A stretch of 64,000 nt of DNA from Nemertoderma westbladi. Taxonomy: Eukaryota > Animalia > Xenacoelomorpha. The translations under genes were made by a program, and so were the position numbers. The stretch lies in the NCBI GenBank assembly GCA_032718475.1, contig JAUCBJ010000116.1:1-64000 (forward strand). Reading direction: 5' to 3'. Below the pieces are notes generated by a model that saw only the letters and a list, made by a program, of their open reading frames with translations, had not been told where the DNA came from and ran no database searches. Below, one piece after another: positions 10,687-21,838 of the stretch (the first letter of the stretch is position 1; each line of letters opens with the position of its first letter).

Positions 10687-11529
10687 CGCTCCTCTGCGAA
10701 ACTGATATACCTCCTGCTTTCCCGGTCTCGCTCCCCACTTCAGCGAGTTCGCTAGTTCTGCTCCGTATTCTTCCCTAAACTTCCCCCAATCCATTGGTTT
10801 GTGGCATACGAGCCCCAATAATTGGCCCATCGCCACCGCCCCGCATTGGCCTGAGTTCTCGACCACCCCCAATCCATCCGGTGCCGTCATAGCCATAAAG
10901 ACTTTCTGCATATCCAGGAGGTTGGTGGCGTCCGGACCGATGATCCTCTCCGCGTCCTCGCGAATCGCCGATCCCACTTTCGTCGTCGACTTCTCTCTTA
11001 CTAAGACTTGTACCGCTTTCGGCAGTCGGTCTAATTTCGGCCCGTCCTTCTTCCCATACGTCCCTAGGTCGAATAAGAAGATGTCCCCATTCGGCGCGGC
11101 CAAATGTAGGAGTATGGTCCTGGCCGACCCTGCCGTTCCTCGTCTTGAACCCGCTTCGTCCTCCACGGTTCCCTCGTCATCTAGGATCATATATCCTCCT
11201 CTGTTGACGGACTCTATGAATCTTTTCCAGTCCTTCCTCGGCGATTCCCTCGGATACTTCGGAATCCCGAACTTCGCTTCGTCCCCTTTCACCACGTAGT
11301 GGAAGTGTTGGAAGATCGCGTTGTCCAGCGACGGCGTCCCGTAGGTCCCGACCAACCGCTGTTCGTGCGCCTCCCGGAAGTGATCCTGCAGCGCTCGTGC
11401 CGCGTGACCCCTTTCCAACCTCTCGTAGTATCCTCTCGTCTTCTCCTCCGGGTGTCTTTCGGTGAAATCCACCAATATTTCTTTTCCTCCTGACTCCGCC
11501 TTTCTCTTCCTGATCAGCTTACTCGCCAT
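9931..11529 (-). CDS. N-terminal part of ORF2 of element A with a WRN/EXD-like DEDD 3'-5' exonuclease domain (about 10640-11210)
   Basis: ILDDEG (ExoI), LLHLAAPNGDIFLFDL, LP...KVGSAIRED (ExoII), LLDMQ, LLGLVCHK, QKRYILQED (ExoIII-like); ATG at 11529 followed by an RKRK NLS-like motif. Confidence 0.72.
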
Positions 11530-12042
11530 TCCGAACACTACACTCGCTCACCTGTAGGGTGGTGCCTTACCAAGGCGCAATACAGATGAGTGATGTATTA
11601 AGATGTTTCGTACAGTTCGATAATGGCCTACTTTTCTACTTAACTGCGCCTTTCAAGCTTAATTTAATCTAATTAATTTCGGAGCTAGTAAATCAGCCTA
11701 ATTTACAATTTCCGTCCGTTACTTTTATTATGTTCTAGAACGACTTTCCTTGTGTTACCACTATTTTTCGATTTTTAGCCCTATTCTATTTATTTATTTA
11801 TTTTGCTTTGATTCTACTGTCCTACTACTTACTACTGCCTATGGATTTATTCTATTCTCTCTCTGATCCATATTCTGGCCTACTCAGTGGGCCTATGCAG
11901 TACAGCAGTATGCGTCGTGTGGCCACACGATTTATCCAGCTGCACTCATATGCCCCCCTCTCTCTACTAACTCTACTTACTGCTAACTAATATCTATATC
12001 CTATTTACCCCTTTTACCTCTTACTCTCTCTCTCTAACTAAT

Positions 12043-12625
12043 GGTACTACGTACCCTCTAACTCTAACTCTGACTAGGTACCACGTACCTACTAACTCTA
12101 ACTCTAACTAGGTACTACGTACCTACTAACTCTAACTCTAACTAGGTACTACGTACCTACTAACTCTCTAACTATCGGTACTACGTACCCACTAACTCTC
12201 TAACTCTAACTAGGTACTACGTACCTACTAACTCTAACTAACTATTGGTACTACGTACCCTCTAACTCTAACTCTAACTAGGTACTACGTACCTACTAAC
12301 TCTCTAACTATCGGTACTACGTACCCTCTAACTCTAACTAACTATTGGTACTACGTACCCTCTAACTCTAACTCTAACTAGGTACTACGTACCTACTAAC
12401 TCTCTAACTATCGGTACTACGTACCCTCTAACTCTAACTCTAACTAGGTACTACGTACCTACTAACTCTCTAACTATCGGTACTACGTACCCTCTAACTC
12501 TAACTCTAACTAGGTACTACGTACCTACTAACTAACTAACTCTAGGTACTACGTACCTACTAACTAACTAACTCTAGGTACTACGTACCTACTAACTAAC
12601 TAACTTTAGGTACTACGTACCTACT
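12043..12625 (-). repeat. 18 copies of the hairpin GGTAC-GTA-GTACC with (GTTAGA)n spacers in A
   Basis: Copies counted directly; lies between the pol stop and ORF2. Confidence 0.9.
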
Positions 12626-12746
12626 AACTAACTAACTATTATTTTTATTTTATTTTATTTTTATTTGTGTGGGAAGGGCGTCTCGCCCTCAATCCCACCC
12701 CCCTCAGTCCAAAACTTGGACGACTAAACTCCACTCTAACTCCGCT

Positions 12747-15700
12747 CTAAGGTGCTCCTTCTAAGAGACAGCATTTACCTACCGCTCTCCTGTAGGTTTT
12801 TCTGTCCTTTGCACCTATCTTTCCACCTATCCGCACTTCTACCGATCGGACTCTTCCGTCCTCGTCGGAGTAGGTGCCTACAACTCTCGCCAACCGCCAT
12901 TGGTTGTTGATGATAGTATCATCCGTGACGATTACGAGATCTCCCTCTCTCAACTCCCTGTTTGGCTTCCTCCACTTGCTTCGCTTATGGAGCGTGGGTA
13001 GGTATTCTTCTACCCACCTCCTCCAATACTCTGCGCTTATTGCTTTAGCGACTTTCCAACTTTGGCGGGAGTGTATGTCATCTGGGTCTACACCCCGCAT
13101 ATCGATGGTCGCTGGCCTTTCCATCAGAAAATGGCTAGGCGTCAGCACGTCTAACGACTCAGGGTCATCATTCTCCGGATATAGCGGTCTGCTATTAATG
13201 ATCCCCTCGCACTTCGCAAGTACCGTCCGTAAGACGTCTTCAGTGACCATGTGGGTGTTCATCAGCTTCGTCATTAGACGTTTTGAACTGCCCACCAGTC
13301 TTTCGACGCATCCTAGTGTATGTGGTGCATACGGCGTCCGTCTCTCCCACTTTACTTGTCGTTTTCTCATGGCCGCCCTGACTTCTTCTCCTTCTAAGAT
13401 GTCCAAGGCTTCTGCCATCTCGCTCTCTGCGCCCACAAAGTTGGTGCCGTTGTCGCTGTATATCACTGCGATCGTCCCACCTTTGCGGTCCCTAAACCTT
13501 TCTAAGGCGTTAATGAACGCTGATGCGGTTGCATCTTGGGCGAGTTCTATCCCCACCGCCCGCGTATTGTTGCATACGAAGATAATGCCGTAACGTTTCT
13601 CCGTGTGTCGCATCACTTTGATCTTTATCGGCCCGAACATGTCCACACCGCAATGCGTAAATGGCGGGTCGTGCTGTCTTACCCTACTCGCCGGTAGTGG
13701 CGCCATCTCCTGTACGGCTCGTTCCTTCTTCGCTCGTCGGCAGGTCTGGCACTGCCCCACTACCGCTTTAACCTTCTTCCTTAGTTGTTTGACCCAATAG
13801 GTCCTCCTTATCTCTGTGAGGGTTCGGTTGGTGCCCCCATGCAGTATCGATTTGTGGGAGTCCCATATGATCTGGTGGACTATAGGCGATCCTGTGGGAA
13901 TGATGATGGGTTTCGGTGGCACGACTATACTGTTGTTATATCCCACCCTAGAATTCATTACTAGGATCCCATCCTCGTTGAGTTGTGGCGACAGCGTAAT
14001 CAACTCGCTGTCCCGTCGGAGGTGCTGTTGGTTGCCGACACGTTCCACCTCGTCGCCGTAGTTCTTGCGTTGTTCATAGCGGATCACTGCCTTGGCCGCT
14101 CCTTCCAGATCTATGGTTGTCCTGGTCTTCTTGTCCTTGCCGACTCCCGCAAGGAAATTCCCAAAGGCTCTCCAGTACGCCACTAGTTTCTTGGTCTTAT
14201 ACCAACTAGAACTGTAGCTGAGGAGTTTATCCGTCGGGTTATCGCACAGTTCCCTTCCTGGTTGCACGTCCCTAATCTCCCTCACCATCTGGGAGTATAT
14301 CTCTTCTCCCTCTGAATCTCCCTCTCCTTCTGATACTGGTTCCGAGCCCGGGTCCACCTTCTTCATCGGCGGCCAGGCCTCTCTATCGCTCAGAAATTGT
14401 GGCCCATGTTGCCACAATACTTCCTTCTTCAGGAAAGTGTGGCGTTCCACGCCCCTCGACAGCAAGTCCGCTGGGTTCTCATCTGTTGGGCAGTAGTGCC
14501 ACCTTTCCAGTTCTGTGCTCGCCCTTATTTCGTCCACTCTATTCGCGACGAATATCGGGTATCTCGTCTTTTCGTTGTGTAGCCATCCAAGCACTACCAT
14601 GGAGTCCGTCCAGTAGTGTGTCTCCACTATGTTGGGAATTGTATCCACTAGGTAGGCTGTGGCTCTAACTCCTAGTCTCGCAGCTGTCAATTCTAACTTG
14701 GGAACAGATGCTGAATCTGGCGGCGTTGACTTAGCTTTGCTAAAGGCTAGTCTGGGCTTGTGAGGCCCCTCTCGTTGTACTAAATAGAGTGCCGCTCCGT
14801 ATGCCTCTAACGACGCGTCGGAGAACATATGTAAGTCCAGATTCGTCATGTTCCCGTCCGGGAAATACACTCGCGGCATGTTGTATGTTCCCATCCTCTC
14901 CAAGTCTCCTGTCCATTTGCTCCACTGTTTCTTGATGTCCTCTGGTACTTCTACATCCCACTCATCCTTCAATTTATATACTCTCTTGAGTATCTGTTTC
15001 CCCGTGACTAGTAGTGGGGATGCTAGGCCTAGGGGATCGTATATCCTTGCTATATACGATACATAACCCCTCTTCGTATGGGTGTCTGCGCCCTCCTGGC
15101 TCAGCTGATACTTCAGTTCGTCTGTTTTCCTATCCCACACGATTCCCAATGCCTTCTGCTGGGATTCCGTTCTCTTAATCGCCATGTCCTGTCCTTTGGC
15201 TGTTGTAGGGTTGTCCATGGTCGATCCTGGTTTCTTGTCTTCTATTTCCTTGATAAATTCTTCTGAACTGGATTGGAATTTGGTCAGGTTGAAGCCGGAT
15301 CCTTTCAGGATGTCGCGAACCTCGCGCCCTGTTTCCAGTATCTCCTCAACCGTATTTCCAGACTCCATACCGTCGTCTACGTAGAAGCCGCGTCGGATCA
15401 TATCGACGGCCCTACTGCTATATCTATCTTCCTTCCCCTTTACCGTGTCTCTCACTGCCATAGTCGTCGTAAATGAGGACGACTTGGCCCCCATATTTTG
15501 TACTACCATCTTATACACTGGTATTACCGGCGGTTCTTCTTCGCCGTTATACCATAAGAAGCGTTGACTATCGCTATCTTCCTCTGTTACTCGGACTTGG
15601 TTGAACATGCCTTCTATGTCACACGTGAAGGCGTGTTTCCCATTCCTAAATCTAAGTAGTACTTCTATGCCCGAATTGTATATGTTTGGGCCCTCTAGTA

Positions 15701-17954
15701 GGTAATCGTTTAAGCACTTTCCGTCGGTCTTTGCCGATGCATCGACTACCATCCTAAGTTTACCTTTCTTTGGGTCTAAAGCTACGTGGAGTGGCAGGTA
15801 GTATGTCCTGTCCGTGTTCGGTTCGTCGACCGGTAACTCCACGGCCCATCCCTTCTCGACGTACTTCTTGATCGTTTTGTGAATGTACTCGTTCTTCTCG
15901 GGGCTCCGTTGTAGTGTTTGTTTCAGCTTGCGGAGTCTCGTGAGTACCATCCCTCTATTATCGGGTAGCGGTATCTTCGGTAGTTTCCATACCATTCCTA
16001 TTGTATACCGCCCCTCATCACACGTCATCGATTCCTCCACACTTTGTAGAGCCTGCTTGTCTTCTACCGAGGTCCCGACCCCTGTCTCTTTCAGTCCCTC
16101 GAAGTCTTGTCTGAGCAGTCTTTTAAGCTGCTCCTCTGCTCCCTCGTCACCCATTTCCTGCATTGTTCCCGCGAACATGCATCCTGATGTCTCCGACATC
16201 CTGAATGGTATCTTGCTCTTAATTGGACCACTCAGCGTCCACCCGAATGGCGTTAATATGGCCACCGGGTCGCTCTGCTTGTCTTCGCCGAAGACCGTTT
16301 GCATTCTCTCGTGGGCCGTTGGGCAGTCCATGCCTACTATGATGGATACCTTCCTAACGTCCACGTCTGGGATTGAGAAGTCAATGTTGTCCAGGAATTT
16401 GTATTGCTCGACCTCGATGTTGGTTGGCCGCCTGGCATTGATGTTAATTGACTCTATTACTTGGATGGGGTCGATGGTTGCCCCATAATCGCATCCTGGT
16501 GCCACTGCTGCAATTGCGCACCGTCCTGTCCTCATCTCTAGGATCTCGTCTTTGCTAGAGATGGTTGTCACCGCCATCCTGCTTGGCCTCGTTCTCAACC
16601 CTATTTCTTCGGCTACCCATTCCTCAACTAATGTGAAGGCAGCTCCACTATCAACCAGCATTAGTGTTGTTACTGATCGATTGCCTTCCCCGATCACTCG
16701 CACCGGTACTACTCCAAGTAACACCGTGCCTCTCTTCTTCGCCCCTACCGTGCTCGTTGCCATCGTTTGGCCTCTCCTTTGGCCAAACTTGACCGGCTTC
16801 TCTTGGCATTCCCTGGCCTTGTGTCCACTCTTTACACATCGCGAGCAGATTTTATTGCTCGACGCGTAATCTATCTGGTCTTGCCTCGGTAGCGCCTGCC
16901 AGTACCTGCAATTCATAGTTTTATGAAGCGCATTTGCGTGTAGCTGGCATTTGCTCTTTGGGTCGTAGCCCTCTTTATACAATGCATTGCGTATCGCAGT
17001 TATATTCGTACCAAAGTCCCTACTATTCTTATTGACTGGGTTTGGCCTACTGGACGTACTGGGGTTATGTTTATTCATGTTGTTATTGTTCCCCTGTCCG
17101 TCCCTTGATGTTGTCTTATCTTCGTTTGTCTGTGGACTTGCAGTCCCCTGCGTCGCTGCGTATGGCAATGATTGTCTGAGCCTCGGCAATGCGTTTGATG
17201 TATTGTGCTCTGGTTTGGGCCTGTAGTGATCTGTCTTTGGTCCCTTTCCCAGGCTATCTTCACTATAGACTGGGTCCGTTATTAGTTCAGCCTCGTAATT
17301 TAAGAAGTTTGACATTTCTTCTAAACCTGGTTCCGCACCCTTCTTGTCTCGGGTGGAGAAAGCGATCTTCCTCCATTTGTTGCGCAGCCAGCTCGGTAGT
17401 GCCTGCGCTATCGTGGTGATGTTATTGGACGCGTTGAGCTCGTATGGCGCGTCTAGCGTCTTCAGCACGATCAGCGCCTTCTCGACTTTGTTAGCAAACG
17501 TCTTAATGCTAACGGGATTATCCTGTAGGCCACCCGATGTTATGCCTCTCAGCGTTTGCCTGATGATCTTGGCCGGGTGCCCGTATTCCCTATCCAGTGC
17601 CCGCCATGCTGTCGTGAAGCCGCCCTCTATTCCCTGATATTGCCTCACGATGTCGTATGCTGGGCCTCCCGTGTATACTTGTAGATACTTTAGGCACTCC
17701 GCCTGCGTCAAGTTTTTTGTTAGTATTTCGTTACTATACATTCGCCGAAACTGTAAGTATTCTTCCGGCCTGCTCCCATCGAATTTGAACGGTTCCACGG
17801 GTGGTAATTCGATCCTCGTTTTCAACGCATCGATCAACGTGGCCATCCCCATTGCCTGCGCTTCTAATGGATTCGACGGGTGCTGTATAGTTTCCCCTGT
17901 CTGGTGCGGTTCGTCCGTCCTATTTCTTGATCTTCTCTGACTCGGATATGTCAT
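12747..17954 (-). CDS. pol: BEL/Pao gag(C-term)-pol polyprotein of A, 1735-aa open frame
   Basis: Gag FKFDG, PR LVDSGA, RT YYLPLH/LRMVVDAS/CDIEGMF/FYVDD, RNase H MFSDAS/WTDS, IN HHCC plus VDMFGP/SDNGTNF/VERL. Confidence 0.95.
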   Translation of the reverse strand: MTYPSQRRSRNRTDEPHQTGETIQHPSNPLEAQAMGMATLIDALKTRIELPPVEPFKFDGSRPEEYLQFRRMYSNEILTKNLTQAECLKYLQVYTGGPAYDIVRQYQGIEGGFTTAWRALDREYGHPAKIIRQTLRGITSGGLQDNPVSIKTFANKVEKALIVLKTLDAPYELNASNNITTIAQALPSWLRNKWRKIAFSTRDKKGAEPGLEEMSNFLNYEAELITDPVYSEDSLGKGPKTDHYRPKPEHNTSNALPRLRQSLPYAATQGTASPQTNEDKTTSRDGQGNNNNMNKHNPSTSSRPNPVNKNSRDFGTNITAIRNALYKEGYDPKSKCQLHANALHKTMNCRYWQALPRQDQIDYASSNKICSRCVKSGHKARECQEKPVKFGQRRGQTMATSTVGAKKRGTVLLGVVPVRVIGEGNRSVTTLMLVDSGAAFTLVEEWVAEEIGLRTRPSRMAVTTISSKDEILEMRTGRCAIAAVAPGCDYGATIDPIQVIESININARRPTNIEVEQYKFLDNIDFSIPDVDVRKVSIIVGMDCPTAHERMQTVFGEDKQSDPVAILTPFGWTLSGPIKSKIPFRMSETSGCMFAGTMQEMGDEGAEEQLKRLLRQDFEGLKETGVGTSVEDKQALQSVEESMTCDEGRYTIGMVWKLPKIPLPDNRGMVLTRLRKLKQTLQRSPEKNEYIHKTIKKYVEKGWAVELPVDEPNTDRTYYLPLHVALDPKKGKLRMVVDASAKTDGKCLNDYLLEGPNIYNSGIEVLLRFRNGKHAFTCDIEGMFNQVRVTEEDSDSQRFLWYNGEEEPPVIPVYKMVVQNMGAKSSSFTTTMAVRDTVKGKEDRYSSRAVDMIRRGFYVDDGMESGNTVEEILETGREVRDILKGSGFNLTKFQSSSEEFIKEIEDKKPGSTMDNPTTAKGQDMAIKRTESQQKALGIVWDRKTDELKYQLSQEGADTHTKRGYVSYIARIYDPLGLASPLLVTGKQILKRVYKLKDEWDVEVPEDIKKQWSKWTGDLERMGTYNMPRVYFPDGNMTNLDLHMFSDASLEAYGAALYLVQREGPHKPRLAFSKAKSTPPDSASVPKLELTAARLGVRATAYLVDTIPNIVETHYWTDSMVVLGWLHNEKTRYPIFVANRVDEIRASTELERWHYCPTDENPADLLSRGVERHTFLKKEVLWQHGPQFLSDREAWPPMKKVDPGSEPVSEGEGDSEGEEIYSQMVREIRDVQPGRELCDNPTDKLLSYSSSWYKTKKLVAYWRAFGNFLAGVGKDKKTRTTIDLEGAAKAVIRYEQRKNYGDEVERVGNQQHLRRDSELITLSPQLNEDGILVMNSRVGYNNSIVVPPKPIIIPTGSPIVHQIIWDSHKSILHGGTNRTLTEIRRTYWVKQLRKKVKAVVGQCQTCRRAKKERAVQEMAPLPASRVRQHDPPFTHCGVDMFGPIKIKVMRHTEKRYGIIFVCNNTRAVGIELAQDATASAFINALERFRDRKGGTIAVIYSDNGTNFVGAESEMAEALDILEGEEVRAAMRKRQVKWERRTPYAPHTLGCVERLVGSSKRLMTKLMNTHMVTEDVLRTVLAKCEGIINSRPLYPENDDPESLDVLTPSHFLMERPATIDMRGVDPDDIHSRQSWKVAKAISAEYWRRWVEEYLPTLHKRSKWRKPNRELREGDLVIVTDDTIINNQWRLARVVGTYSDEDGRVRSVEVRIGGKIGAKDRKTYRRAVGKCCLLEGAP

Positions 17955-20900
17955 CGGGGGTAGCGGCCCCCTCCATATGTCTGTATCACACGACCTGTTT
18001 TCATCTAGGGGTCTCGTTGTTCTTGTTCCTGTCGGGGTATATTGTTGATATTGTGATGGGGGAATGTCACCCTGTCCCCCCCCCCACCGGTATGTCTGGT
18101 ACTGGGGTTGATGTTAATATGTTGGGGCCCATACACCTATCCGCAATAATTCCCCCCTCCCCTGGGTATATGTTATGTCCCTGCATGCTGTAGTCATACT
18201 GCTGTGCTGGTACCGGTATAGGCCTATCAGCTTCTGGCCTACTCGCCGGTATGTATTCCGCGACTTCCGGGTTTAATCCCGTTGTCCGCGCTATCCTATC
18301 GCCTACATTGCCTCTCTCAGTATGGCCTACGGTATGTGCAGTAAGACCTACAGTATGCCCTACAGTCTGCATGTGTTGCTCGGGATCGAAGTTTATTCTT
18401 CTCGAATAATCCTCCCCGCGGCTACCGTATTCTCGATCGGTAGGTATATTCTGTCGGAAAGTTTCTCTTCGACCCCCCTCTCCACTGTTTTCATCTTCGT
18501 ACCGGTACATCGCGTACCCCTCTCTCGGCGTGTAATGCGTCTCACCGGATCGCATCCCTCCGGGGCGACGGCAATCTCCCGGAGTCCGACCCCACTGACT
18601 CTCCGTTCTCATCTCGACTACCGACGGCTCGCTGTCCGTCCTCGCTCTTCTATCTTTTGCGGCGATACTTCTACTACTCTCTTCCTCTCTTCTCCTATCA
18701 GTGGAATATTCCCGCTCACGAGATCCCTCGTCGACCTCCCAGTTAAACCCCACTGTTCTTATTTCCTCCTCTGATCGGGCTCGACGCTCCGTCTGCCCTC
18801 CCGCGACGTCAACCTGTCTTTCTCTGCTCGATCGCACATCGCTGGGGATACTCGCAATCCCCCTATTACTTTCCGTCGCCGGTTGTTGCGGTTTACCTTG
18901 TTCGGCCCTCGCATTGTCCGCTGACGGCTGTGGGACACTCTCTGCCCCCCCCCCCCCCCCTCTCGCCGCTAACACTCTGTTGTGGGGCCCTTGTAGCCCC
19001 CCCCCCACCCGCTACATTCTACTTCGCTACCTCTCGCCCCGCTACTATATATCTCTCTAGTCGACACATCAACCCTACCACAGTCGGGTCTGTTCAGCCC
19101 CGCCTCTCCCTCTGCTATTGCGTGGCCTTCCAGGCCCTCTACTCCCTGCCTACCAACTACGCGGCCTACCAGGCCCTCTGCTCTCTGTCTACTAACTACG
19201 TGGCCTACCAGGCCCTCTGCCCCCTGTCTACTAACTACGTGGCCTACCAGGCCCTCTGCTCCCTGGTTACGTAGGCCCGACGTGTTTACATTAATAGCAC
19301 CCATATTGGAAACGGAATTAATTTGCTCATTTGAAACAAAATCATTTGTATTATTCTGCGCGACTACGTTATCTGAATTATTTTGTAAATTCGGGCTAAG
19401 ATCATTATTTGAATTATTCGAATTATTCTGTGTAATTGCGTTATTTAAGTTATTTTGTAGGTCCGAATTCGAGTTATTATTTTGATTATTTGAATTATTT
19501 TGCGTAACTACATCAATATTAGGATTATTTTCTACACTAACACTGGGATTGTTCTGATTTAAATTTAAATTACTACCACTAGGCAAAGTATTTCCTGTAA
19601 TAAAGGTTTGATTAGCGTTATCCCATACGGTACTATTAATATCAACAACGTCTACTGTACCATTATTATTACCCCCCCCCCCCCGCCCGTACGGTCGCAC
19701 CAGTTTTGGGTCTGTCGTGCGGTCCCTGTCAGTGGAGTATTAATAAATATATCTACGGCCCTCGGCTCCTCAAAAATACTCGAGCCGGCCCCGGTTTCCG
19801 ACGGCGTCGCTCGCACGTATTCCAACTCGTGCTCCCCTCTAATTATATTTCCCGCAAACTCACTCTGCCGTTTCTCTAATTCCTTGCGCTCTTTTTCACT
19901 CTCTGCCATTTTCCCCTCACGCTCCTGGGTGTCCTTGATGGCCGAGTCTGCGGCACTCTTAATGCTCTCCCTTCGTCTCGCCTCACGCTCTTTGCGTTCC
20001 TTTTCCTTTCTCGTCTCATATTCCTTGCGTTCCTTTTCCCTTTTTGCCTCACGTTCCTTGCGTTCCTCGTCCTCCCTTGCCTCACGCTCTCTGCGTTCCC
20101 TTTCCTCTCTCGCTTCACGCTCCCTACACTCCCTTTCCTCTATCTCATCATACTCCCTTAGGCTTTTCAAAGCCCTTTCTGCCCTTTCTCCGGTTTCTCT
20201 AAGCAATACCGTTTCCCTCTCTAACCGCACTCTTCCCTCCTCTAGCCGTTCCTTCATTTCTCTCTGACCTTGCTCTGCCATGCTGAGACGGTATGCGGCT
20301 CCTATTTTCCTCACCGCTCTTTCTTTCGCGGAGGATGTAACAGACTTATCGGTTACGACGGATTTCCCCCGCCTTCCCGACCTACTAACTTTCCCCCGCT
20401 TCCCGGAGCTTTCTCCGACCGACGAGGCCGAATCCTCGGTGTTAACCTCGGATTCGCCCCCTTCGAGTCCCCTCCAACCCACCGGTTTTACTCCCCGGGC
20501 ATCGATTAAGTATGGCCCTATGTACACTGACGCTATGCTAGGTCCCATACTCCCACACTCCCATAGTTCAAACAGTTCGCCTGCAATTCCTTTTGCTCTC
20601 TCCCCGGCTAGTTCTCTCTGCCCAAAACGTATCAGGTAATTTAAGTGTCTATCCGACTCACCTAGTCGCTTTCTCAGTCTCACCTCGTCTACCTTCGCCC
20701 CTTCCTTCTTGGCGTCGTTTATCAGCTTCCGGGTCGCGTTGTAGGCCCGTCGAAGTCGCTCAGAAACCCCGACGTCCTCGTCGCCGACCTCTCCTCCGTC
20801 CCTCCGGGTTCGACGTCGTACCGGCGGCTCCACCGTCGCCGTTCCGGTGGGCCGTCCGTCGCCCTCGGCCTGTAGCTGGCCGGCGACATCGGTACCAATC

Positions 20901-21220
20901 TCTCCTCCGTCTCTTCGCGTCCGGCGTCGCACCGTAGGCCCCACCGGTTCGGTGGGCCGCTCGTCGCCCTCGGCCGGTAGCTGGCCGGCGACATCGGCGC
21001 GCCGTCCTCCGTCCCGTGTCGACTCATCTCCTTCTCCCTCCGTCTCGCTCTCTTTCTCTCTTGGCTCGACTTCGGGTTCCAGGCCCTCCTCGTCCTGTGC
21101 TTCCGGTTCGCCCGTTATCGATGGCTCCGGCGTCGTGGGCCTGTATCGTTTGGTCGCGGCCTCGCGGATCGTTAGGTCTTCGTCCGGGGTCCGCGTCGGT
21201 GTCTCGCCCGATTCACTCAT
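17955..21220 (-). pseudogene. gag: Long N-terminal gag extension of A (coiled coil, Asn-rich), split by frameshifts at poly-C runs
   Basis: Frames 19652-21220, 18969-19700 and 18067-19008 are colinear with the frame of B; breaks fall at C runs near 19675, 18950-19000 and 18080. Confidence 0.8.
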
Positions 21221-21290
21221 CTCGTTTGTGGCTAATGATTCGGCTAGCTAGGTTGCAGTTCTTAGAGTTTAACTAGGGCGGCAGCTCGGT

Positions 21291-21299
21291 TTTAGTTAC
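21291..21299 (-). other. Non-tRNA primer-binding site of A (GTAACTAAA)
   Basis: Exact reverse complement of TTTAGTTAC inside the LTR (minus strand 21475-21467; 160-152 in the 3' LTR). Confidence 0.7.
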
Positions 21300-21838
21300 T
21301 GTGACGGGATCCAGGAGGGATCCCGATTTATCCGATGTGGTATTTAGTCCACGCGTCCCCGCCGTGTATAAGAGTGAAATAAAGATAACTGAGTTCTGAA
21401 GTTCGGTGTATAATAATAGGTTATAGGATATAGATATATTGTGAATTATACGGCAGGCGGGATACGGTAACTAAAGTCCCGTGATCCCCTAACTAAACTA
21501 ATTGGCTGTACCCTACGCTAGCACTGCTGCACTGAGATAACTGAATCACTGATTAATAGGTTATTGGTTATATTGCACGGTGGCCTTACTGCTACTCAAT
21601 CGATGCTATTCCCCCCCTCTGATTGGTTAATACCCTTGTTGGCGCCCCGTGGAGTATTCCCGTTCACTCCACCTGTTCTCTCTGGGTTAGGGGTTTGGCC
21701 CCTGACCCTCTATTGTGTGCTTCCTTCCCACTCTTATTGGGATGGCACGAGTTGGTTAATTGCCCAATCTCGTGGCTCCCAATATTGCTTATCGGCTTAC
21801 AACTTTATGGGGTGTTGGCGGGATTGAATAAGCTAACA
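21300..21838 (-). repeat. 5' LTR of element A (539 bp, TG...CA)
   Basis: Matches 1-523; end at 21300 inferred from the CCCGTCACA terminus shared with B. Confidence 0.88.

Larger units (their letters stand above)
1..21838 (-). mobile_element. BEL/Pao LTR retrotransposon A (5'LTR, gag-pol, hairpin array, ORF2, PPT, 3'LTR cut by the window edge)
   Basis: Direct repeats 1-523 and 21316-21838 (offset 21315) start TGTTAG on the minus strand; BEL-type pol in PR-RT-RH-IN order; PPT abuts the 3' LTR. Confidence 0.95.

Noticed and set aside
12043-12625. CRISPR-like array (the 147-bp and 84-bp repeats were also considered)
   Set aside because: Spacers are low-complexity or homologous to each other, there are no cas genes, and the context is eukaryotic TEs.
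18060-19700. Programmed frameshifts in gag of A
   Set aside because: Breaks coincide with long C runs and B reads through the homologous sites; slippage or sequencing error is more likely.
21305-21313. Minus-strand TGGATCCCG as a tRNA-type PBS for A
   Set aside because: It lies in the U5 hairpin, and B has TAGATCCCG at the same place, so TGG is not conserved.
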